A stretch of 64,000 nt of DNA. Origin: Polyangiaceae bacterium (GTDB lineage Bacteria; Myxococcota_A; Polyangia; Polyangiales; Polyangiaceae). Shown here one piece after another: positions 37,725-46,205 of this stretch; within the stretch, counting starts at the first letter, position 1, and each line of letters opens with the position of its first letter. Both the position numbers and the translations under genes were made by a program. The notes under the pieces were generated by a model that did not search any database, was not told the origin of the DNA, and was given only the letters and a program-made list of their open reading frames with translations. The stretch spans positions 160,001 to 224,000 of the forward strand of contig CBDCTZ010000012.1 in NCBI GenBank assembly GCA_965222375.1. The letters run 5' to 3'.

Positions 37725-38846
37725 TCAAGACACGCGGGTGGTCATGGCCCGCGCTGCACCCTCGAGCAGAGATCGGGCATCGGGCTTCAACTTGCCTGCG
37801 CGCAATCCGAGCATCGCCTCGCGGACCAAGTCGTCGATTCTCCCTTCCACGGCCTCCCGCGCGCCGGAGCGCTCCAACACAGCGATGGTTCGGGCGAGCT
37901 CCGAGCGCCTGGCTTTGGGGTTGCCCACGACGCTCTTGAGCAGGCGGTGGTCTTTGCCCCGTGCTCGTTTCATTGCGGTCGTGAGCAGGGCCGTTCTCTT
38001 GCCGGCCTTTATGTCGCTTCCGAAGGGCTTGCCGGTCTGGGCCGGGTCCCCGAATACACTGAGCAGGTCGTCCCGCAGTTGGAATGCGATGCCTGCGGGA
38101 ATCGCAAAGCGGTCCAAGGTGGTCAGCAGCGCTGGGTTGCCGCCGGCCAGCAGGGCACCCAGGCGCAGCGGGCCCCGGACCGTGTAGCTTGCGGTCTTGA
38201 GCTCGTAGACCTTCTCGGGATCCGACGCTCGCGCCATGATGTCGAGCTGTTGACCATAGATTGCGGCGTTCTGCATATCCGCGAAACAGGCGAAGGCGCG
38301 GGTCATTCGGGCGGGTTTGGCATCTACGCGCGATAGCGCCTCCTGCGCGTAGCTCGACGCGAGGTCGCCTGCGAGGATCCCGGCGCGGTCTCCCAAACGC
38401 CGCGAATGCAGACGCTCGCCCAACCACGTATGCACGGCAGGGCCACCGCGGCGGACGGTGTCGTCGTCCATCCAGTCGTCGTGGATCAAGAAATAGGCGT
38501 GCAGAAGCTCCAACGAGACCCCGGCGTCCAGGGCGGCTTCGATCGGCGCTGATGCACTGGCGGCACGATAGCCTGCGATGAGCAGAGCGGCGCGGGTGCG
38601 CTTGCCGCCCCGCGAGCACAGCTCGCGAATGGACTGCACGAGCTGCACCACGTCTTTTCCGTGGGGCTTGGTTCGATCGAGCTTGGCGTCCAAGAAGCCC
38701 ATCAAGCGCGCGTCTATGTCGCGGCGAAAGGCGCTCTGCAGCGCCACGAAGGCGTTTTTCTCGATGGCCTTCGCCTTGGGACGCGGCGGCGGTGACGGCG
38801 GCTTCTTGCGTCGCTTTTTCTTGGAAGTCCGCGTCTTCGCTGGCAT
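37725..38846 (-). CDS. Short-chain trans-isoprenyl diphosphate synthase (FPP/GGPP)
   Basis: GGKRTR, FARM YFLIHDDWMD..RRG, GQQLD, KTA, SARM FQLRDDLL; start placed at 38846. Confidence 0.9.
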   Translation of the reverse strand: MPAKTRTSKKKRRKKPPSPPPRPKAKAIEKNAFVALQSAFRRDIDARLMGFLDAKLDRTKPHGKDVVQLVQSIRELCSRGGKRTRAALLIAGYRAASASAPIEAALDAGVSLELLHAYFLIHDDWMDDDTVRRGGPAVHTWLGERLHSRRLGDRAGILAGDLASSYAQEALSRVDAKPARMTRAFACFADMQNAAIYGQQLDIMARASDPEKVYELKTASYTVRGPLRLGALLAGGNPALLTTLDRFAIPAGIAFQLRDDLLSVFGDPAQTGKPFGSDIKAGKRTALLTTAMKRARGKDHRLLKSVVGNPKARRSELARTIAVLERSGAREAVEGRIDDLVREAMLGLRAGKLKPDARSLLEGAARAMTTRVS

Positions 38847-38903
38847 TTTCGGGACGAGCGTAGGGCGCGGTCCCGGGGGTGTCAACCGACTGCCAGCCGC
38901 TCT

Positions 38904-39980
38904 ATGACCACAGCTGAGGGCGCAGGCGTGAGCAACATCGGGCAGAGAAAAGACGACCACCTGGACCTGGCCGCGAAAGGGGACGTCGCGTTCAAGCGAG
39001 TCGGCACATTGCTCGACCAGGTGGGCTTGGTGCACGACGCGTTGCCCGAATTGAACTTCGACGACATCGACACGTCTGTCACGGTTCTCGGAAAGAAGCT
39101 GTCCGCACCCATTCTGATAGCGGGCATGACCGGGGGTACAGCACGGGCCGGTCGCATCAATCGGGAGCTAGCCCAACTCGCTGCACGTCGCGGCTACGCT
39201 TTCGGCTTGGGCAGCCAGCGTGCGATGCAGAAGGATCCGAGCGCGGCGCCGACTTATGCCGTGCGGGACGTCGCGCCGGATCTGTTGCTGCTCGGGAACT
39301 TGGGCATCGTTCAAGCCTCGCAGTGCCCCACGTCGGATGTGCAAGGGTTGGTGGATCAGGTTGGAGCCGACGCGATTTGCCTACACATAAACCCTGCGAT
39401 GGAGTTGGTGCAGTCCGAAGGCGACCGAGATTTCCGTGGATGTCTCGGTGCGTTCCGACGGCTTGCGTCTGAGCTCTCTGTTCCAGTCGTCGCCAAAGAG
39501 ACTGGCTCGGGGCTGAGCGCAGGGGTTGGAGAGCGCCTGCTGTCGCATGGAATTCGGCATGTGGACGTGTCCGGGGCTGGGGGCACCTCTTGGGTCGCCG
39601 TCGAGCGACAGCGCGCGGCAGAAGAGCGCCGGGGTCTCGGCGACACTTTCTGGGAATGGGGGATCCCAACCGCCGCGAGTTTGCTCAGTGTCGCGCCGTG
39701 TGGCTTCGAAACCGTGTTTGCCACGGGAGGACTCAAGAGCGGTCTCGACATCGCTCGCGGCATTGCGCTTGGCGCTTCGGCGGGCGGCATTGCGCGACCG
39801 GTGCTTCAGGCTTTCGAGAGCAGCGGTCCGGAGGGTGCGGACGCACTGCTGCAGCGTGTGGAGACCGAACTCAGGATGGCGATGCTGCTCGTGGGCGCGA
39901 AGGACGTTGCGGCCTTGCGCCAGGTTTCGAAGCTCCTCGGCCCAGAATTGTCGCGGTGGGCACCCAGCGCGTCAGGGTGA
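38904..39980 (+). CDS. fni: Type 2 isopentenyl-diphosphate isomerase
   Basis: RKDDHL, AGMTGG, GSQR, KETGSG, SGAGGTSW. Confidence 0.95.
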   Translation: MTTAEGAGVSNIGQRKDDHLDLAAKGDVAFKRVGTLLDQVGLVHDALPELNFDDIDTSVTVLGKKLSAPILIAGMTGGTARAGRINRELAQLAARRGYAFGLGSQRAMQKDPSAAPTYAVRDVAPDLLLLGNLGIVQASQCPTSDVQGLVDQVGADAICLHINPAMELVQSEGDRDFRGCLGAFRRLASELSVPVVAKETGSGLSAGVGERLLSHGIRHVDVSGAGGTSWVAVERQRAAEERRGLGDTFWEWGIPTAASLLSVAPCGFETVFATGGLKSGLDIARGIALGASAGGIARPVLQAFESSGPEGADALLQRVETELRMAMLLVGAKDVAALRQVSKLLGPELSRWAPSASG

Positions 39981-40472
39981 TGCTAGCAGGGCCTTCAGCC
40001 GAGGCGTCATTTGCGCGACTGCGCCCGGGCCCTTGATACTGCCTTCCATCCGCGCCCGGCTAGAGCAGCGCGTGCCATCCACCCGGGCCAGCAGCGGAAT
40101 CATGCGCGAGAGGCAGCCTGCCTTCCGTAAGCGCGCCTCGTCACGATCGCGATCGAGCTCCAGCAAACGCAGCCCGGCGAATTCGGCATCCAACTCACCG
40201 CGCTTGATGGCTTGCTTGAAATACTGGCAGGGTTCGCACCACGTCGCACCCACATACACCAGCAACCTGCGACCGTCCGCTCGCGCGCGCGCGTGTTCTT
40301 TGCCAATGATGTCTGTCAGGGCCCCCTCAGCCGGCGCGGGTTGTATCTCGACGCCCGCCTTGGCGGGCTCGGCGGATGACGACGCCTTTTCCGCGCGCGT
40401 GGGCGCAGGCGGCTGCTCACACGACAGCACGCTCGCCGTCGCGCACAGCAGGGTGACCCATGTCCGAAGCAT
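39972..40472 (-). CDS. Thioredoxin-family lipoprotein
   Basis: VLSC lipobox; GATWCEPC. Confidence 0.8.
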   Translation of the reverse strand: MLRTWVTLLCATASVLSCEQPPAPTRAEKASSSAEPAKAGVEIQPAPAEGALTDIIGKEHARARADGRRLLVYVGATWCEPCQYFKQAIKRGELDAEFAGLRLLELDRDRDEARLRKAGCLSRMIPLLARVDGTRCSSRARMEGSIKGPGAVAQMTPRLKALLASP

Positions 40473-40897
40473 CAGCTCTTGTTCTTGACGATGCGGCGCA
40501 ACACTTTTCCATCTTCGCTGGGAGCGAAACCTCGCTTCTCCAGCCAACCGCGCAGCTTCTGCGGCTCCGGGTGTGCGGGCGGGATCACGTTGTACAAATG
40601 ATTGAGACCTCGCGTCGCGGCTTCGGTCTCCAGGTGGTCCATGACAAAGGTGCCGACGCCCGACCCGCGCGCGTCTGCCTGGACTGCGAGCAAGACCTCA
40701 GCGTCGCCCCACACAGCGTCCATCCAGCCGTAGCCAATGACCTTGCCGTCTCGCTCGATCCGCCACCAGTCGTTACCGATCAGCTCTCCCTCGGACTTGT
40801 CGGTGAAGGAAAACACCCCTTTCGGCGCGTCACCCAAGACCCTTGCTTTGTCCGCATCCCAGCGGGCCGGGCTCTCATGTTTCCAGCTCAGACTCAT
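40472..40897 (-). CDS. GNAT acetyltransferase
   Basis: LAVQADARGSGVG; WLEKRGF. Confidence 0.85.
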   Translation of the reverse strand: MSLSWKHESPARWDADKARVLGDAPKGVFSFTDKSEGELIGNDWWRIERDGKVIGYGWMDAVWGDAEVLLAVQADARGSGVGTFVMDHLETEAATRGLNHLYNVIPPAHPEPQKLRGWLEKRGFAPSEDGKVLRRIVKNKS

Positions 40898-40949
40898 GGG
40901 GCGTAGATTAGCGCTTTTTGTCACCACACGTTTGGTCTACCTTCTCGCC

Positions 40950-41996
40950 ATGGGGTCTCGCAGGCTCGTTTTCGCCGTGTTGGCGCTCAGTCTCACGGGC
41001 TGTGCCAAGGCATGCGGGAAAAGCAAAGCAGCGCCAGATGCCAGTGCAAGCGAGAAGGCGGCGTCCGGGATCGAGATGTTGTCCCAAGGCAGCGAACCCC
41101 GGGTGGAGTTGGAGGTCGGACGCTGGGCGGGGCTGGTCTACGGCCTGACCCTGACGGGCGATGTGAGTATGGGGGTGGCAGGTCGCCCGCCAGTGAAGTC
41201 GCCCTCTTCGGTGACGAGTTTTGAATTCGAAGTGCTGCGAGGGACGGCGAACCCCATCGTGAAGAAACTTGGCGGGCGGAAGCGCCGCTATGTCGAGGAG
41301 CGGGGATCCATCACGAGTGCCAGGGCGGAGAGCAAGGAGATCCCCGCCGCGGCGCTGACCGGCATGAACGAGGCGCTGGCCAAACTCAATGGGTTGTCTA
41401 CCCGCCAGCTCATCGGCGAAGACGGTGAAATCGCGGAAGTGACCACAGAGGCTCTGGCGGGCAAGGAACTACCCGCGGAGGTCAAAGCGGTGCTCGACCA
41501 GTCTTTCGACGCCCAACGCCGCTTCCCCTTTCGTCTCCCGCCCAAAGCCGTGGGGGTGGGTGGCAAGTGGCGGTTTCGAGAATCCGTCGAACTCTCCGGC
41601 GTGACCATGTGGCAAATAGCGGAGATGCGCGTGACCCGCATCGCGGGTGATCGGGTCACGATCAGCCTACGGGTGCGGCACGAGGCGCCCCGTCAAGAGG
41701 TGCCCCATCCCCTGTTGCCGGGGCGTCGCGCGGATGTGGATCAATATAGAGGGGACGGCACTGGCTCCATCACCATCGACCGCATGACGGCGATAGTAAC
41801 CGCCGGTCGCCTCTCCACGACCGGAAGTCTGAAGCTGTCCTGGTACGAAGGCGATGAAAAGAAGTCGGCGACCTTTCTCGCCGCGACGCGGACTGAACTC
41901 GCGGGCCGAATCGGACGACTCCCGGAAGCCAGCGCTAGCGACGCAGCCGCCCAGGGCGCTGCTGTCGATGCGGCGACGGGTGCGGACGCACCGTGA
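40950..41996 (+). CDS. Hypothetical lipoprotein
   Basis: LTGC lipobox; LPPKAVGVGGKW motif; GTGA overlap with the downstream gene. Confidence 0.7.
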   Translation: MGSRRLVFAVLALSLTGCAKACGKSKAAPDASASEKAASGIEMLSQGSEPRVELEVGRWAGLVYGLTLTGDVSMGVAGRPPVKSPSSVTSFEFEVLRGTANPIVKKLGGRKRRYVEERGSITSARAESKEIPAAALTGMNEALAKLNGLSTRQLIGEDGEIAEVTTEALAGKELPAEVKAVLDQSFDAQRRFPFRLPPKAVGVGGKWRFRESVELSGVTMWQIAEMRVTRIAGDRVTISLRVRHEAPRQEVPHPLLPGRRADVDQYRGDGTGSITIDRMTAIVTAGRLSTTGSLKLSWYEGDEKKSATFLAATRTELAGRIGRLPEASASDAAAQGAAVDAATGADAP

Positions 41997-44404
41997 CGAG
42001 CCCAGCGGATGCGCCCCGCCCCGGTGTCAATTTGGCTATCGGCTTGGGGCTGATTTCCGGCGCACTGATCGGTAGCGAACTCACGCTGACGCGCTTGCTA
42101 TCCGTGGTGCTCTGGTACCACTTCGCCTTCTTCGCGATCAGCGTGGCGTTGTTTGGCTTGGGGTTGTCCGCCCTGGTGGTGCACTACACGGACAAACGAC
42201 TCACGGACTTGCCGCGTGCCCTCGGCCTGGGTGCTCTAGCGACCGCGGCTGCTTTGGTGTGCGTGGACCTGGCGTTTATCAACGTCACGCCGGATTGGTT
42301 CGGGGGAGCCCTAGGCGTGTTCACGACGCTCACCTTAAAGCTGTTCCTACTCTTTGCGCTTGCGGCACTCCCCTTCTTTTTCGGCGGCTTCGTGGTGTCC
42401 CTGACGCTGACCCGATTCGCGACTCACGCCCCGAAGTTGTACTTCTGGGATCTGCTCGGCGCTGCGCTAGGGGCTTTGGGCACGCTGGTCATCTCTTCAC
42501 AGCTGCCCGCGCCCCAGGTGCTCTTGTTCTTCGCGACGATGGCATGCATCGCTGGGCTCTGCTTCGTGTTGCCAACGGGGAAGCGAGGCCTATCCGCCAG
42601 TCTGTTGGTAGCCGTCGCTGGGCTGGTCGCGTTGGGCACGGTGGGCTCGGATTGGCTCACGCTACGGGTTGCGAAGGGCATCGATCTGACCCGAGCGAAA
42701 CCGGAGCTTCAACGCTGGAACGCGTTTTCTCTGGTGACGGTGCTGCCCTCGGCGGACTTCAAGGGCTGGGGGCTGGCGCCGACCTACAAGGGCAGCGTCC
42801 CTCCGCAGAAAACTCTGGTCATCGACATGAACGCGATGACACCGCTACTGAGCTTTGACGGGGATTTCGAAAAAGTCGACTACGTCACTCACGATCTTTC
42901 GGCGTTCGTCTACCGAGTTTTCCCGAGCTCGGCGAGCGCATGCGTCATCGGGGCGGGGGGCGGCAAAGATGTACTAGCTGCTCTTTCCAGCGGATCCAAG
43001 CGGGTAACCGCGGTCGAGGTGAACCCGATCATCGCCAGCGAGATCATGCGCGGAAGCCACCGCGAGATGGTGGGCGATCTCTACGGGCGCAAGGACGTGA
43101 CTGCCGTCGTCGAGGATGGACGATCCTTCGTGCGCCGCACAGGCGACCGGTTCGATGTCGTGCACTTGTCCATGGTGGATACTAGCGCCGCGAGCGCTGC
43201 GGGCGCATATGCGCTGAGCGAAAACGCGCTGTACACCCAGGACGCGTTCAGAGACTTTTTTCATGCCTTGCGTCCGGGTGGCGTGCTGAGCGTCTCCAGC
43301 GTCAGCCTGCCGGACCTGTGGGTCGGGACCCGCTTGGCCGCCATCGCTCGGGCGGCCCTGGGCGGCGGACCGGTGGCGGACCGCGTCGTCGTCGTCGAGA
43401 CGCCTTGGCTCGGTGTACGCGAAGCTCGCTTGTACAACTTCATCATCGCGCCCTCTGGTTTCGATGCGTCGGCTCTCGCAGCCGTAGGATCCGAGGCCCA
43501 AGCGCTGGGCTTCGCCTTGGTCAGCGTTCCCGGTGAGCAGATTGTGGGCGGCCAGCCGGAACACGCGATGATCCGCCGGGTACTGGGTGAAGCCGATGCT
43601 GGCGCGCTGGAGAGTTTCTTCGCCAGCCTGCCGCTCAATACGACCGCTACCAGCGACGATCGTCCGTTCTTCTTCTACCAGAACCGACTCTCGGACCTGC
43701 CGATCGCTCTGATCGCGCCCACGCCACTGCACCTATTCGGCAATGGTCTCGTCTTGCTCGCCAAGGTGTTCGCACTCTCCGTGTTGTTCGCGCTGCTGCT
43801 AGCTTTGCTGCCGGCCTGGGTCGGGCGGAGTGGACCCGCGGGACGAGGGGCGGCCGCGGATTTGAGTTTCGCCGCCTGTCTGGGTATCGGCTTTCTTCTC
43901 GTCGAGTTGGGGCTGCTGCATCGCATCAGTCCCTACCTGGGAGAGCCAACCCTGTCCTTGAGCGTCGTCATCGTCGCGGTCCTGACCGGAGGCGCCGTTG
44001 GCAGCCGTTACCTCGCGGCGCGCTCCCCAATCTTCGTGCAGCGGGCAGTCATTGCCCTGATAGTCGTGATTGGCGTGGCGGCCTGGACACTGCCGTGGCT
44101 GATGGATGCGACTCGGGGTTGGGCGCCCCAGACCCGTGGCGGGGTCGCATCCGTGGTGGTGTTTTGCGTCGGTGTTCTCTTGGGCGTCCCCATGCCGGCA
44201 GCGCTGCGCGCGATCGGCGAGCGCGCCCCAGGGCGCACGGCCTGGTTCTGGGCCGTCAATGGCGGCACTAGCGTGCTCGGCACGGTCCTGGCCACTTTGA
44301 TTGCTCTGCACTACGGCGCGACGGCGACGGTCATTGCCGGCGGAGTCGTGTACGCGCTCGCGGCGGTCCTGGCGCCACGGGTGCTAGCGCGGTCGGCGGC
44401 CTGA
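41993..44404 (+). CDS. Membrane-fused spermidine-synthase-like class I SAM enzyme (paralog A)
   Basis: About 7 N-terminal TMs (LYFWDLLGAALG), IGAGGGKD..VEVNP..EDGRSF..ENALYT, DDRPFF, C-terminal TMs with WAVNG. Confidence 0.85.
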   Translation: MTSPADAPRPGVNLAIGLGLISGALIGSELTLTRLLSVVLWYHFAFFAISVALFGLGLSALVVHYTDKRLTDLPRALGLGALATAAALVCVDLAFINVTPDWFGGALGVFTTLTLKLFLLFALAALPFFFGGFVVSLTLTRFATHAPKLYFWDLLGAALGALGTLVISSQLPAPQVLLFFATMACIAGLCFVLPTGKRGLSASLLVAVAGLVALGTVGSDWLTLRVAKGIDLTRAKPELQRWNAFSLVTVLPSADFKGWGLAPTYKGSVPPQKTLVIDMNAMTPLLSFDGDFEKVDYVTHDLSAFVYRVFPSSASACVIGAGGGKDVLAALSSGSKRVTAVEVNPIIASEIMRGSHREMVGDLYGRKDVTAVVEDGRSFVRRTGDRFDVVHLSMVDTSAASAAGAYALSENALYTQDAFRDFFHALRPGGVLSVSSVSLPDLWVGTRLAAIARAALGGGPVADRVVVVETPWLGVREARLYNFIIAPSGFDASALAAVGSEAQALGFALVSVPGEQIVGGQPEHAMIRRVLGEADAGALESFFASLPLNTTATSDDRPFFFYQNRLSDLPIALIAPTPLHLFGNGLVLLAKVFALSVLFALLLALLPAWVGRSGPAGRGAAADLSFAACLGIGFLLVELGLLHRISPYLGEPTLSLSVVIVAVLTGGAVGSRYLAARSPIFVQRAVIALIVVIGVAAWTLPWLMDATRGWAPQTRGGVASVVVFCVGVLLGVPMPAALRAIGERAPGRTAWFWAVNGGTSVLGTVLATLIALHYGATATVIAGGVVYALAAVLAPRVLARSAA

Positions 44405-46168
44405 TCAGTGCAAGCCTGGAATACGCACCTCGGCGCCGACGGGCGGAACCGAGAAAGGACGCAGGCGACCCGACTCCAATACCAGCAGTAGCAAGCCTGG
44501 GTCGTCCAAGGGGCGGAGGAAGTCGACGCGAACGCGTTTGACGCCGAAGATCGTTTTCTCGGTGACGGAGACGCGCACGTCCCCAGTGGTCACCGGCAGG
44601 TTCGGAAATGGAGTTTCGATCCCTCGAAATAGACGGGATGCGGGATCCGTCAACATGCCGTTTTCGCCAGCGATGAGCTCCAAGGTCTGTTGCTCGGGTC
44701 GGCGCACCGTGACCGGCTCCGGCGAGATCGTCAACACCGCGAAAGTTGGCTGCTCGGATTGCTTGCGCATCCAGGGCAGGTAGATCGCCGTTGGCTGGGC
44801 GGCGTTCAACAAGACCCAGCTCGAAGCGTTGTCACGTAGCTTGGCGCTCTGCACCATGCCTGCAATTCGCGTATGCAGCACGGACCATTCGCTCGCGGCA
44901 GTGCGGCTATGCGCGAGGGCGAAAGGAACGTGCAGCGTGAAAACGGCAGCGCCGAAAAGCACGGCCGGAATGCGGAGCCATGGTGTCTTGCGGGGCGAGA
45001 ACGCGAGCGAGGCGATTACAGTGGCCAACAAGCCGGCTCCGGCCACACTGGGTACGACGAGCAAGCGCGATGAAGGCAGAGTTGCCACAAGAGGTAACAA
45101 GGAGCCGAGCAAGCCCAGGGCAAAAGTCGTCGCCACACGCCTGGCCTCTGGCTGCCCTCTCAGGGCGAGGGCGGCGAGAAGCAAGAACGCCGCACACAAG
45201 ATCACAACAATCAACAATGACGGGCCGAAGTTCAGAACCAGTGCGCCGTGCACGATCTCGCTAGGCAGGAGGAAGAGCTCGCTGGCCAACAGCGCAGGCA
45301 GGCGCAACATGATGGCAAGGATATATTTGAGCGGTGAAGAGACTGGATCCACGTAGACGCTGGAGCCAACGGCGCCGTAGCCAAGTAACTTGTGCAAGGA
45401 GAAGTAGGCGAGGGCTGGCATGAGCCAGGGCAGCAGGTTGCGTGCCCGCTGCCGCAAGTGGGTGCCACGTGCCATCAGTTCGAATCCCACCACCAGCCCG
45501 GTCACTGAAAGAGCGTATTCGCCTGCCGCCAAAGACAGTGCGACAAGCGCAGGCACGGCGATTGCGCTCGTGGTGGAGCGCTGCTCCCGGTGGCGTAGAT
45601 GGATGCTCAGCGCGCATAGCCCCAAGGTGGCGCTAATCAGCGCGGTTCGATTGGCCAGCCAAGCCGTCGGCCACACATGGGCTGGGTCCACGGCGAGCAT
45701 GAGCGTGGCGAGGGCTGCGGCTCTTCGCTCCAACACCCGACAGAAGAACACGTGCGCGGCGATCAGAAAGGCAGCTAGCCAGAGCAAGGAGTGCAGGTGG
45801 CGCGACCAGGGCGAGAGCTTCAACACGTTCACATCGAGCCATAGCGTCAGACTGGAGAGCGGGCGTAGTGCGCTCAGCCGCAAATCCGAGTGTGACCACC
45901 AAGGCAGCACACCGTGTTTCATCAGTGGCGCGACGTCCTGGCCGCCTTGGGAAAACGCGTAGAGGTCCCACACCCCTCGCTCGACAGGGTAGCTGCCGTC
46001 CAGCATCGCGACCTGCAGGTGGTCGTCCGCGACCAGGCCGGATTGAAGGGAGGGCGCGTGTAGGATCGCCGCGGTCAAGATGGCGACTAGGATGGCGGCC
46101 AGAGGCAGAAAGCCAGCCTTCCGCCTACTCCGATGATCGGGCGCTTCAGACACGAAGGCCGGCAGCAT
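44405..46168 (-). CDS. GT-C fold membrane protein, TMTC-like (paralog B)
   Basis: TM1 then ADD, RPLSSL, H..SLLW, P.H..PTAWLANR, AGE; C-terminal soluble domain. Confidence 0.65.
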   Translation of the reverse strand: MLPAFVSEAPDHRSRRKAGFLPLAAILVAILTAAILHAPSLQSGLVADDHLQVAMLDGSYPVERGVWDLYAFSQGGQDVAPLMKHGVLPWWSHSDLRLSALRPLSSLTLWLDVNVLKLSPWSRHLHSLLWLAAFLIAAHVFFCRVLERRAAALATLMLAVDPAHVWPTAWLANRTALISATLGLCALSIHLRHREQRSTTSAIAVPALVALSLAAGEYALSVTGLVVGFELMARGTHLRQRARNLLPWLMPALAYFSLHKLLGYGAVGSSVYVDPVSSPLKYILAIMLRLPALLASELFLLPSEIVHGALVLNFGPSLLIVVILCAAFLLLAALALRGQPEARRVATTFALGLLGSLLPLVATLPSSRLLVVPSVAGAGLLATVIASLAFSPRKTPWLRIPAVLFGAAVFTLHVPFALAHSRTAASEWSVLHTRIAGMVQSAKLRDNASSWVLLNAAQPTAIYLPWMRKQSEQPTFAVLTISPEPVTVRRPEQQTLELIAGENGMLTDPASRLFRGIETPFPNLPVTTGDVRVSVTEKTIFGVKRVRVDFLRPLDDPGLLLLVLESGRLRPFSVPPVGAEVRIPGLH

Positions 46169-46205
46169 CGTCGATTTTTCCAGGGGCGCAAGGTATACGC
46201 CCTGA

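Noticed and set aside
36222..38336. 704-aa plus-strand ORF
   Set aside because: Antisense shadow of mvaD/mvk/prenyl synthase in high-GC DNA; no motifs
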